64,000 nt of DNA from Eledone cirrhosa (GCA_964016885.1 OZ024743.1:151652001-151716000); one strand, 5' to 3'. Numbered from the stretch's first letter, positions 15,244 to 29,904 are shown. A program made the numbers and translations. Notes: generated from the sequence alone by a model not told the origin.

Positions 15244-15385
15244 CATATATGTATATATATACATATATATATATATATACATATATGTATATATATACAT
15301 ATATGTATATATATACATATATATATATATATACATATATGTATATATATACATATATGTATATATATACATATATATATATTAC

Positions 15386-15444
<59 letters not shown>

Positions 15445-15477
15445 CATATATATATATACATACATATATATATATAC

Positions 15478-15508
<31 letters not shown>

Positions 15509-15620
15509 CATATATATATACATATATATACATATATATATATACATATATATATACATATATATATATACATATATATACATATATATATATATATATA
15601 CATATATGTATATATATACA

Positions 15621-15835
<215 letters not shown>

Positions 15836-15944
15836 TATATATATATATATACATATATATATATACATATATATATACATATATATATATACATATATAT
15901 ATATACATATATATATACATATATATATATATATACATATATAC

Positions 15945-16049
<105 letters not shown>

Positions 16050-16076
16050 CATATATATATATACATATATATATAC

Positions 16077-16145
<69 letters not shown>

Positions 16146-16159
16146 CATATATATATACC

Positions 16160-16194
<35 letters not shown>

Positions 16195-16310
16195 CATATA
16201 TATATACATATATATATATATATACATATATATATACATATATATATACATATATGTATATATATACATATATATATATAATATACATATATATATATAT
16301 ATACATATAT

Positions 16311-16352
<42 letters not shown>

Positions 16353-16492
16353 ACATATATATATACATATATATATATATATACATATATATATACATAT
16401 ACATATACATATACATATATATATACATATATATATATATACACATATACATATACATATACATATATATATACATATATATATATATACAC

Positions 16493-16544
<52 letters not shown>

Positions 16545-16550
16545 ATATAC

Positions 16551-16615
<65 letters not shown>

Positions 16616-16745
16616 CATATATGTATATATATACATATATGTATATATATACATATATATATATATACATATATGTATATATATACATATATATATATAT
16701 ACATATATATATATACATATATATATATTACATATATATATATAC

Positions 16746-16808
<63 letters not shown>

Positions 16809-16895
16809 CATATATGTATATATATACATATATATATATATATACATATATGTATATATATACATATATGTATATATATACATATATATATATAC

Positions 16896-16952
<57 letters not shown>

Positions 16953-17013
16953 CATATATATATATACATACATATATATATATACATATATATATATACA
17001 TATATATATATAC

Positions 17014-17044
<31 letters not shown>

Positions 17045-17156
17045 CATATATATATACATATATATACATATATATATATACATATATATATACATATATA
17101 TATATACATATATATACATATATATATATATATATACATATATGTATATATATACA

Positions 17157-17398
<242 letters not shown>

Positions 17399-17463
17399 CA
17401 TATATATATACATATATATATATACATATATATATACATATATATATATACATATATATATAC

Positions 17464-17568
<105 letters not shown>

Positions 17569-17595
17569 CATATATATATATACATATATATATAC

Positions 17596-17670
<75 letters not shown>

Positions 17671-17683
17671 CATATATATATAC

Positions 17684-17718
<35 letters not shown>

Positions 17719-17791
17719 CATATATATATACATATATATATATATATACATATATATATACATATATATATACATATATGTATATATATAC

Positions 17792-17826
<35 letters not shown>

Positions 17827-17833
17827 CATATAT

Positions 17834-17875
<42 letters not shown>

Positions 17876-18015
17876 ACATATATATATACATATATATATA
17901 TATATACATATATATATACATATACATATACATATACATATATATATACATATATATATATATACACATATACATATACATATACATATATATATACATA
18001 TATATATATATACAC

Positions 18016-18067
<52 letters not shown>

Positions 18068-18099
18068 ATATACATATATATATATACATATATATATAC

Positions 18100-18131
<32 letters not shown>

Positions 18132-18153
18132 ATACATATATATATATATATAC

Positions 18154-18202
<49 letters not shown>

Positions 18203-18280
18203 TATATATACATATACATATACATATACATATATATATATACATATACATATACATATATATATACATATACATATACA

Positions 18281-18381
<101 letters not shown>

Positions 18382-18385
18382 ATAC

Positions 18386-18417
<32 letters not shown>

Positions 18418-18519
18418 ATACATATATATATACATATACATATATATACATATATATATATATACATATACATATATATATACATATACATATATATATA
18501 CATATACATATATATATAC

Positions 18520-18583
<64 letters not shown>

Positions 18584-18685
18584 ACATATATATATATATA
18601 CATATATATATACATATATATAATATATGTATATATATAATATATGTATATATATATAATATATATATATATATATAATATATAT

Positions 18686-18717
<32 letters not shown>

Positions 18718-18766
18718 ATATATATATATATATATAATATATATAATATATATATATATATATATA

Positions 18767-18937
<171 letters not shown>

Positions 18938-19160
18938 CATATATATACATATACATATATATACATATACATATATATATATATACATATACATACATAT
19001 ATATATATATACATATACATATATATACATATATATATATACATATACATATATATATATACATATACATATACATATATATACATATACATACATATAT
19101 ATATATATACATATACATATATATACATATATATATATACATATACATATATATATATAC

Positions 19161-19203
<43 letters not shown>

Positions 19204-19241
19204 ACATATATTATATATATATACATATATTATATATATAC

Positions 19242-19274
<33 letters not shown>

Positions 19275-20073
19275 CATATATATATTATATATACATATAT
19301 ATATATATACATATATTATATATATACATATATTATATATATATATATTATATATATACATATATATTATATATATACATATATATTATATATATATATA
19401 TTATATATATACATATATATTATATATATACATATATATTATATATATACATATATATTATATATATACATATATATTATATATATACATATATATTATA
19501 TATATACATATATATACATATATTATATATATATATACATACATTATATATATACATATATTATATATATATATATACATATATTATATATATACATATA
19601 TTATATATATATATATACATATATTATATATATATATATACATATATTATATATATACATATATATACATATATTATATATATACATATATATATACATA
19701 TATTATATATATACATATATATATACATATATTATATATATACATATATATATACATATATATACATATATTATATATATACATATATATATACATATAT
19801 ATATACATATATATACATATATTATATATATACATATATATATACATATATTATATATATACATATATTATATATATACATACATTATATATATACATAT
19901 ATTATATATATACATACATTATATATATATATATATATATATATTATTTACATATATATATATACATATATATATTATATATATATATATATATATACAT
20001 ATATTATATATATATATATATACATATATTATATATATATATATATACATATATTATATATATATACATATAT

Positions 20074-20575
20074 ATAAGTATGTACATGTACATACATATA
20101 TGTATACAGACGTACTAAGAGTGGGAAATAAAATTTCGTTTCATTATTTCCGTTTATCGTTTTTGGTGCACCCGGCCGATTAACCCACTCGATATGCAAA
20201 TTGGCCTACTCAGCCGTTAATATGCATAAGGTAAGTATATACGTTCAACAATCCGGCAGGAAGGTATACGTTGCTGACGATAGCTAATAAGCTTGAAACT
20301 AGTACAGCGTTCCTTTGTCAGTGTTGAACAAAAGGGCAACGATGGTTGCTAAACACTGTACGGCTTAATACGGGATGTTTGTTTACAAACAGACCGAGCA
20401 TTATAATAAATGTTCGGTGAATCTATACATACATATATATATATATGTGTGTGCATGTATATATATACTACTGTACGTCTGTATACATATATGTATGTAC
20501 GTGTACATACTTATCTTTAAGTAACAGCCGTACTAAGAGTGGGAAATGAAATTTCGTTTCATTTTTTCCGTTTAT
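20074..20575 (+). mobile_element. Penelope-like/retrozyme-type non-coding element: 418-bp monomer, 47-bp partial tandem repeat, 42-bp inverted 5' segment
   Basis: Direct repeat 20111-20157 = 20529-20575; inverted repeat 20074-20115 / 20473-20514; internal hammerhead. Confidence 0.7.
20261..20315 (+). ncRNA. Minimal type I hammerhead ribozyme (copy 2)
   Basis: CTGACGA (20274-80), helix II AGCT/AGCT with a U.U first pair, GAAA (20295-98), ACTAGT, GUA triplet (20302-04); helix I ACGTTG/CAGCGT extended by AAGG/CCTT. Confidence 0.75.
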
Positions 20576-20587
20576 ATACATATATGT

Positions 20588-20659
20588 GATGTGTTGGTGT
20601 AAATGGTGGCACAGTGGTCTGGATAACCAAAGATGTGGGTTCGACTCCCATGTACATCA
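20588..20659 (+). tRNA. tRNA-like gene, pseudogene or SINE head; anticodon GGA; short variable loop
   Basis: 72-nt cloverleaf: acceptor GATGTGT/GTACATC, D stem GTGT/GCAC, anticodon loop CTGGATA, T arm GTGGG-TTCGACT-CCCAT; T5 run at 20669-20673. Confidence 0.6.
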
Positions 20660-20748
20660 ATACTCATCTTTTTCCATTTATGTGAGGGTTTTAAACCCCA
20701 TTATCAGGCTAAAATTCCTTTAGTAAAATAATACGGTGAAAGCTATTC

Positions 20749-20756
<8 letters not shown>

Positions 20757-20782
<26 letters not shown>

Positions 20783-20787
20783 CATAC

Positions 20788-20875
<88 letters not shown>

Positions 20876-21115
20876 GACAGACACATATATATATATATAT
20901 ATATATAGTAAATGAAACATATATATATGTACATACATACATATATTATATATATATATATACACACACACACAGACAGACACACACAGACATGCACATA
21001 TATATATATATATATAGTAAATGAAACATATATATATGTACATACATTATATTATATATAGACGTTTCATTTACTATATATATATATATATATATATATA
21101 GTAAATGAAACGTCT
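20757..21115. repeat. TA/CA compound repeat with duplicated TAGTAAATGAAAC units and a perfect hairpin at 21060-21115
   Basis: AGACGTTTCATTTAC-(TA)n-GTAAATGAAACGTCT. Confidence 0.85.
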
Positions 21116-21182
21116 TTTTAAGAAATGGGTAATAAAGGAAAAGACCTATTTCTTTTCAAATCTGTATCTCTGAAGTGATTAC

Positions 21183-21278
21183 TTCTGCCATTGACTGCAG
21201 GGTTTTGTAAGGTGACAGTAGAATATGGAAGGAGGTAGAATATGAAGCTTTCGGTGAGAATTACAAGTAGCCATGGAT
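21183..21278 (-). other. Candidate exon of an unidentified minus-strand transcript
   Basis: tctttgttttag|ATCCATGGCT...GGCAGAA|gtaatc; open in two frames; no homology recognised. Confidence 0.25.
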
Positions 21279-21685
21279 CTAAAACAAAGATGTAGGTGGT
21301 GTAATAATAACAGAATATATGAAAAGATGGCACTTCCCTCAGGCAAGTTAAGTGTTGAAGAGTATATGAAGAAGAGGGGCGTGTTAAGATCATTGAACGC
21401 AGAGAGAACACAAAGAAAACTAGTTGAAGTCAAAATTTAGTTCAGAATATGATGATGGATTTCTATAAAATATCATTGCATACAGCACATGTTACCTCAT
21501 GTCGTTTATAATAAATCTTTAGATAAAATATTTTGCAATAAGCAGGTGAATTTTTCTACACAGGAAAATATTTACTCTTTTATTTATTTATTTACTGGTA
21601 TCAGTTGTTAGGGAACAACTTGTACTGGTATTTATTTCAACAACTTTGTAAAGATGGAAGGCAAAGTAGAGCTGGGTGTCACTAT

Positions 21686-21997
21686 CATTGTCATCATTTC
21701 TTTATGTTTGCTTTTTCATGCTTGTAAGGGTTGGACAGGTCTTTTCCAGCACACCATCCCTCCACTCAACATTCCATCGTCATCTCCTCCGTGAACTTCA
21801 GCAATTTGAGATCAGCTCTCACAACCTCACCCCAGTTCTTTCTTGGTCTCCTTCTAGTCCTACTTCCTTCTACTAGGACTTCTTGGCACATCCAACAGTT
21901 ATTAGCTATATGTATCACATGTCCATACTAACACAGTCATTGTCCCTGCACACTACACCTGATTCTTCTTATACCCAGCTTTTTCCTCAGCTCATTC
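21686..21997 (-). mobile_element. 3' end of an RTE-clade LINE including the 3' tail
   Basis: Minus strand encodes YGHV...VEGSRTRRRPRKNWGEVVRADL; tail AACCCTTACAAGCATGAAAAAGC...GATGA. Confidence 0.75.
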
Positions 21998-23369
21998 AGG
22001 TGATATGAACACAAAACACAAAGGGATATAACCAAATTCACAAGGATTTTATCCAATTCTCTCCTGATTTTGCCATATTTGATCATCATCAAAATTATTT
22101 AAAAGTGAATGGCTTATTTTCTATAAAAGACATAAAAAGTCAGCAGAACATAACTGACATAAAGATGGTGGAAATAAAATTTTTTGGGGGCACATTTTAC
22201 ATAAAATTATGATGAATCGCTTCAATTTAGTATGGAAAGAGTGTAACTAGTTTACTACCAAATTACCTGGAATGGCTCTTGGCTTTAGGATACAAAACTA
22301 TTTTTAAGAGTTTATATTTATCTGAAAACATTTTATAATTATATGCAAGAACCTTTAAGCTCTGCTCCAAACACCAATTAATTATATTACTAAATTTCTC
22401 CAAATTTTTTTATTTTAAAAATTCTTTAAAGATCATAGGCAATATATAAAAATTTTGCAGAGGAACATGATTATTTTCAGGATCCTTGGAGCCCTACATT
22501 CAAAATACAAGGGGACTGTGATTATTCTGAGGGAGGAGGGGAGCTTCAGATATTCACAGTGACCATTCTTGTCCTTTTGGGCCCTGGACTGGCTGACTTT
22601 CTCTTATAGGCAACTCTTTTAAAACCTTTCATGACCATACTTCAAGTAAAAATAACTGTCAATGTATTTCAATTAAATTTGAAAATAACGAAGAATTTGG
22701 AGAGATTTTATAAAATAACTATCTTTTTCATGCATAAACTGATATTTGTAACATATCATTACAAAAACAAACTTACAAAAATGATAAAGGAAGATTTTAA
22801 TTCAAATATGAATGCTTTAGAATGGGAAGTTTGTATCATAGAACAAGAAATGTCAAAAGATTTTTTTAAATAAGCTGATAATATATAAAAGAATTGTGGT
22901 CTCAGAAAACGAGTCCATAAATAGAGTTCCCATTCCCCATTTACATTCCAGACTCCTACCCAAAGTGGATGCACCTTCACTGTACTGCCAGATGCTGCTT
23001 CCTCACTCTTTCTCACCCACTCTCCAAAGCCACGCTACATCACAATATTCACTCTCCTTCCCTTCCGCCACAACTCACACTACCAGATTTATCCCTGAAT
23101 TTCCCTCCTCCTTTGTCCAACTGTGCCTGAATGGAAAGCTGGGCTCAACCCACAATACTGCTAGACATTACTCAATCCCCCCCCCCGGGGGGGGGGCTGT
23201 CCCACTCCTCTTTCCATGTGACAAGCAACCTAAACCCCACTTTTTATCCCCCCCCCCCCCCTCGCCCCTATCACTCACTTCCCAGCCTGGCCAAGAATAC
23301 AAGCACTAGCATCACATATAATGCACTCCGTGCTCAGCCCAGACTGAGTTGTGGAAGTGTAGTGTCACA

Positions 23370-23630
23370 ATAAAATGGACCCAAACCACTCTGTAAAGTG
23401 GTAGAGCTGCTGTGATAAAGATGAAAAAAAAAAGGGGGGGGGGCTAGATGAAAAAAAAGGGGGAGGATGTCAGATATTGCGAAGTAGTTGGTGTCAGGAA
23501 GAGCATCCAGCAGTAGACACCATGCCAAAATGGAATGTATGAGAAAGACAGTTGTCTGACATGACTTGTCTAACCTCAGAATGTGACAACTCTTTTAACC
23601 CATGCAAGTATAGAACATAGACAGATGATA
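23370..23630 (+). mobile_element. Degenerate family C element (3' part)
   Basis: CACTCTGTAAAGTGG unit, GTTGGTGTCAGGAAGAGCATCCAGC, AACCCATGCAAG tail. Confidence 0.6.
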
Positions 23631-23833
23631 AGAATGAAATTATGCTTACTAAAGAGAAACAAAAGACAAAATCGGCATCTAGTTGCCTCAACTAGTCAGA
23701 ATATATTTAGTAAAGGTTGAACTGAGGAAAAGATGTAGTTTTTAATCTAGAAATAAGTAGTCAAAATTGTTAAACCCTTTTTTTTTATTTTTTAAGAAAG
23801 AATAACTGAGAAGTTGACTTTTTAGCAACCATT

Positions 23834-24021
23834 TGGATTGGCAGTATCGGTAGAGGGTTGGACGCCATGCTTTGACGCATAGAGTTATGCCCCTTGCCAT
23901 TCTGAGTTCAAATCCCACCGAGGTTAACTTTGCCTTTCATCCATACGGGGTCGATAAAATAAAGTACCAGTAATGTACTGAGATAATTGCTGGCCTTGTG
24001 CCAAAAGTAGAAACAATTATT
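23834..24021 (+). mobile_element. SINE family A
   Basis: Near-identical to 49253-49445; B box GAGTTCAAATCC. Confidence 0.88.
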
Positions 24022-24034
24022 AAAACATCAACAA

Positions 24035-24270
24035 GGGCGGTGGATTGGCAGTATCGGTACTTTTCAGCATTGACATACGGCTCTTTCATACTTTTCAGCA
24101 TTGGCTTACGGCTCTTTACGGTCTGAGTTCAAATCCCGCCGAAGTTAACTTTCCTTTCATCCTTACGGAGTCGATAAAATAACGCACCAGTAACTTACTG
24201 GGGTCGATTTAATCGACTTTCCCCCTTCCCCCAAATTACTGGCCTTGTGCCTATACTAGAAATCATTATT
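24035..24270 (+). mobile_element. SINE family A variant with target-site duplication
   Basis: Flanked by ATTATTAAAACATCAACAA at 24016-24034 and 24265-24283. Confidence 0.88.
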
Positions 24271-24921
24271 AAAACATCAACAACTCAGTAATCAGACAAT
24301 TGGTTAATGTAAAATTAAATACACATAGAAAATAAAACATAACCAAAACTACAGCCACTTAAATATTTGTGTTTTGTTATCTTTTTTACTACTTGAAATA
24401 GCAGCGTTCACCTGACACCTGTAGTTTAAAACCACTTTGAATTTTATCAGGTGTTGTTAGGCTCTGTGTTTGTACGAGAGAGAGGTGGAGAGGCTTGAAA
24501 GTGAAGAAACAGGAAATGTTCGAATGTTAGTACCAAACATCGAAAGAAAGAGAGAGAAAGATAGACAGAGAAAGAAGTAGAGAAAGAGATTGAGAGAGAG
24601 AAAGAAGTAGAGAAAGATATATATATATATATATATACGAGAGAGAAAGAGAGGTATACCATTGCCATGTTAACGCACAACAATAACTAACAGGGAGCAA
24701 AACACACAAACGAAAGACAAATAGACTTTCACAGTAGTGGACAAAATTTCTTAAAATAAATGCGCAGCGGTGTACAGGTTGTATGTGTGTGTGTGTGTGT
24801 GTGTGAATAACGGTATTCTTTTGGTGTTTTTAATTCTTTATTACCATTAATGTTGTTATTGTCAAATTAATTTTGATAAGAATGACTATGAAACGATAGA
24901 GCCAACCTTATTATTTCAGAT

Positions 24922-25055
24922 AGGCGGCTAATTGGCAGAGTCGTTAGAACGTCGGCTAGAATGCTTTGTGGTATTCATTTCTGTTCTCCGAGTTCAAATT
25001 CCGCCGAGGTGAACTTTGCCTTTCATCTTTTCGATGAAAGTACTAGTCAAGTACT
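24922..25055 (+). mobile_element. SINE family A, truncated
   Basis: GGCGGCTAATTGGCAGAGTCGTTAG...GAGTTCAAATTCCGCCGAGGTGAACTTTGCCTTTCATC. Confidence 0.75.
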
Positions 25056-25439
25056 CCTCTATATCTCATTATCACTTTCACTCTCTCTAGAAGAAATCTG
25101 TAGTAATTAGACATAGAAAGGAGATGGGCTCCACTAGGTTTTAAAAAATGCCCTAGAAACACCGCTTGTCAGTCAATACGGCCCCACGACTCCTTCATGA
25201 GTTACAGGACCATGCATGTATATATTATTTGAGATATTTACCTTAACCCTTAACATCCTGTACTACATTAGCAAGATATTCTTGGAAATCACAAAACAAC
25301 ATTATGACTACATTAAAAATTAGTCTTTACTCTAATACTGAAAATTATCACTAATAAAGTTACTATAAACATTTGAATTAAGAAACCCATTTTGAAAATA
25401 TTTTCTGCTAAATTATTACAGTGTTATGAGTTAACGTGA

Positions 25440-26370
25440 ACTTGATACTACGACTCCGCTAGCAGTCAGTGGTTGATAATAAATAAAAGCAACGTCAGCA
25501 TCAGCGCGAGTTAAAACAACCACAGCGGGTTCTATTGTTTGTTGTCGAACATGTATTTTTATTATGTATTGAAAGAACAAACAAGAAAGAGACTTTCTTT
25601 AATTTCGTTTTAATTTTGGGATGTAAACACTAGCGGACATTTTAAATGTTTTCAATATTTTACAATAAGTTCAATGGACAAACGTTAAGATTAATTCAAG
25701 ACAGGTAAGAAACTAATTAAAACAGGTAGGGTATGAATGAGAAAGTTTAATTAGTATCCATGTAGCATGTAAAAGCTATCCATAAATATATAAACTAAGG
25801 ATATCAAGGGTATTGCGAAGTGGAATTGTTTATTTCGTCAATTTGATAGTCAATTTTTTTTCTTCACCCTTAACTGACCAACATTCATACATACCTATGC
25901 ACACACAAACACTCTATATAAGCAAGTGCGCAACATAACCAGCTGAAAATGAAAATTGTTTAATGCAATATTTAAATTCAAAGTATTAATGAATTACCTG
26001 AAATCTCTTTTATTGTCCGTCTACAACTTGCTGAAATACCTGCGTCATGATTCCATGCAACTGATGACATTAGTTGGTTGGCCGTTTCAAGCGGTCGAAT
26101 CTACAGTTACTTGTTGTGCAACCAAATAACCGATGAATCAAACAACGAGTCAACTGACCAACTCAACAACAAACAATAATCGATAGAAACCCCCAACAGG
26201 CAGTATAATATATATAGAGCGGCAAGAAATGCTTTTGATATAAACTTTTAGTAGATGGCATTAAAATAAAGTTAGTCGAGAATCGTGCAGTAGCAGTAAG
26301 CCGGCTTCTGTATCTGTAGTACGTAAAGGGACATGGTCTAAGGGAGGCAACTGTGTAAGTACTTTTTACC
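25440..26370. promoter_or_regulatory. Candidate (divergent) promoter and first-exon region
   Basis: Repeat-free and relatively CpG-rich; minus-strand donor-like sites (GCAG|gtattt ~26039; TCAG|gtaatt ~25997) and plus-strand donor TGT|gtaagt (~26355) point outward; AAGGGAGGCAACT motif at ~26340. Confidence 0.35.
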
Positions 26371-28255
26371 CTGACTCAGAAAATTAAGAGAAATGAAATA
26401 AAATAGAGTATTATTCTCGGAAAGAATTCACTTTCTTTGAAAATAAGTATTAATAAATAAGATGGCGAGAAATACGCCTATCCTAATAGATTTTATTGTG
26501 AAGCGAACAAAAATTTATCGAAGTAAAAGAAAACTGAAAAAGTAATAACATTTTCATTACTTAAGTAAATAAATTAAAATATACAAAAAAAAAAAAACAC
26601 AACAGATAATTCATTTGATTTTTATGTTATATTTATCTTTTATAAATGATCATTTAGGAATCGCAGTGACTGAATAAATAACGTGTAGATATCACAGCTG
26701 GAGATTATTGAGTTTGTATCGAGTCACATACGTTGTTTCATTACTGAGGTAAAGGTGCTGCTTGCTGCTGGACGATGCTTACTCATGAGCAACGATAAAG
26801 AAATGGAAATGTTTTCTTTCCTTTATTACTGTGTTTATGCATGACTACAACACACCAACACATATGAATGAATGAATAGATATATAGATTAATGAATAAA
26901 TGAATGGATGAACGAATGAATGAATGAAAGGATGGACCATACGTCGATCAAGGGAACCACACCTACACGTTATAGTATAGTGTAAGGGGCTGAGTACTTC
27001 TCAGGCAAACACGGTGTGACATAGTTACAGGTATAGCCCGTCCGGCGAGCTTTCAAATTTTGCTCACAAAGCACGGGTGGGGTCAAGTGTGCCGAGGACG
27101 GCATTTCCTCAATCTTCAATACACTAGGATCGAACCTGAAACCTCGTAATCGAGAAGGAAACTTTTATTAATTCAGTCATGTTCGCCGTTTCCATGCACA
27201 CACAGACAGATATATCGACATATACCACACACACTATCGATTTCATTTTCATTTGTCATGAATCTTTCCTCTTCTAGTCGGTGAATTTAATTTGCAATAA
27301 AAACGGAAAAAATTGGATTAGAATGCTTTTCCTTTATAAGGGTTTGAAAGATAAGATCATCATCATCACCACCATCATTAACAACATTTAACATCCGTAC
27401 TCCCTGTTAGCAAGGGTTGGACATTGTTTCAAGATCGTTGTTTTAAATACGCCCAAAGCATGAAGTTTTGCTTTCTTTTTACGAAGTTTTGTCATCTAAT
27501 TAAAACTACCCTTCTCTCTAATAAGAGCCAACTAAATACAACAATATAGAGAAAGAACAGAATAAAACCAACCAAATAATGTCTACATCATTTGCAGAGT
27601 TGTAGAATACAATTTACAAGTTTATAACACGATAAACTGTAATAGAGCCTTTATAAGGTGGCCCAACCTGCTAGAAATAACAACTAAATTTCCCAGGTAT
27701 CACATCTTATTGTTGGGAGACAAAGAAGGACTATAATTTAGTTCTAGATATAGCAGCCTGGAATAAATACAGAATCGGCCATGAGTGTACTTCACTCTGC
27801 TGATCTGAGGTGACACAATAACAACATAGTGAAAATGTTATATCAAAGGCATTGCAGGATTTACCATTGTGCTTAGATGTGCTTAAGTACTGGGTCCTGT
27901 TAGCCAGAGGGAGCCCATCTTCCTGTCCCAAATTTCTTTTAACTCCGTCAAGGCCCAAGTAAAGGGCCTCATAACTTAACTAGCACAGGGCCTCATTTGT
28001 CATAAATCTGACACTGCCCAAAGTCTCAAAAATTGTTAGCTTTTGTATCCCCAAATGCTATTTCAACTGTCAGCATTGTGCTACCCAGATATTAACCTTT
28101 ACGATCATTTTCTAGTTTATGCACCTGTGCACATACATTTATATTCTTGGTATGAACTACTACTCACAGCATGAAATATTTGTGCCTTCATCTTCATGTG
28201 AAGCAGAAAAAGTTTGGATAAAAAAGCATGTTCAAGTAAAATCAATAATGTAGAC

Positions 28256-28456
28256 CAGACATGTCAAACTGAGGGTTCCCCTAGGGCCACATGGGTCACA
28301 TATGTGTTGTATGAGGGCCACACATGACAACTAATTGCGCATTTATTTTATATTACGAAGATAAAACATGCTCGCACTGTAAAAACCTTCGTGCGGACCG
28401 CAGGTGTGCTTGTAAAGGGCCGCATGCAGCCGCGGGATGCACGTTTGACATGCCTG
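28256..28456. mobile_element. hAT (Charlie-like) MITE, 201 bp
   Basis: TIRs CAGACATGTCAAAC / GTTTGACATGCCTG; degenerate 8-bp TSD ATGTAGAC/CTATAGAC; internal GGGCCGCATGC.GCC motifs. Confidence 0.8.
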
Positions 28457-28880
28457 CTATAGACAGCCTCTTGTCAAACTTCACAACACTTTTTTAAGCA
28501 GAATAATAATACAAGTAATAATAAAAATGGCCATTACTCTAAGTCCATCACTATTATTTCACACACAGTTCCACTGACATGTAGCTTTTAACTATCACTG
28601 TATATCTTTGTATTTTCATCTATAAATCCCAATACATAACTATAACATTACGTGGTTATGTGGTTAAGAGGTTCACTTCCCAGCTAAAATGGTTTCAGGT
28701 TCTATCCCACTGCTAGGCAATTTTGGTGCATGTCTTGTGCAATAAGTCTTACGTTGGGTAATGCCTTCTGAGGGAAATTGGTAGATGGAAACTGTATGAA
28801 GCATACACACATTCACACACATATATATATATATGTATGTGTGTGTATAATCATACACATACACACATATATATATATAT

Positions 28881-29052
28881 ATATTTAATATAGAAATGGG
28901 TTCTACAGGACTAGAACTGTTTCATTCGAAAGAAATCATCAGGAAAGCCCTGATGATTTCCTTCAAATGAAACAGTTCTAGTCCTGTAGAAGCCATTTCT
29001 ATATTAAATATTTATACTCTGCTATGTATTGAGTACCTTACTTACTGTGGTT
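28881..29052. mobile_element. Palindromic element (63-bp arms 28881-28943 / 28949-29011) with hammerhead-like cores on both strands
   Basis: Near-perfect inverted repeat; each arm reads outward CTGATGA-T-TTC-loop-(G/A)AA-T-GAAAC. Confidence 0.6.
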
Positions 29053-29089
29053 ACCCCTGATTGGCCCTGGGATAAACACACTCATGCAT

Positions 29090-29120
<31 letters not shown>

Positions 29121-29904
29121 CATACGCACACACATATATATGTTTGTATGATGTATGTAAAATGTGTACATTCCTTATGAAGAAAAAGAAAAATAAGGTT
29201 TGACATTAAGAAGTCTATGTGTCCATAGTACTGTAATGCTACTATAATGCATATTATATGCCCTGCATTTTAGAGAGAAACATAAGTGTGTGTGTCAGCA
29301 ATTCTTCCAGCTTGTGTCAATAATACAGCTAACAAATATATATATATCTATCTGCTGGATATTTCCATCACAGCCAATGAGCAATTATAGCAGATCATTA
29401 TTTACTACACCCAATGCATGTGTCTATACTGCCTATCTACTATGTAAATGCACTTTAAATTTGCGTGAGAAGCTAGGCCTTTTGTACATCAGTTATATCC
29501 TTTATTTCTGTATATAATATTGTTAACTGAATGAAAGATAACACTGAATAAACTCACAAACACTATTCTTATCCTCAACTATAGTATGCGAATTATTTGG
29601 TTTTATCCTTCATTTACACTACTTCCAGTATTGAGTAGCTTGTTGTCTGTTTGTACAATTTTTGTTTTATAGTATATACATGGAACTTTATTCACAGTTG
29701 TATAAATAACATTACAAGTTGTTTATAATTCTTAAAGAATGGAAATATAAACACAAATATCAACACATAATAAATACAAATCATTATTGCTAGGGACACC
29801 ACAAATACAATGCACAAAATATATAATCAAATGAGAGAAAAAAAACAAACAAAAACAACCATCAATTCACCACCAAGTGCGACAATCCGCTGCCCACCAC
29901 AAGG

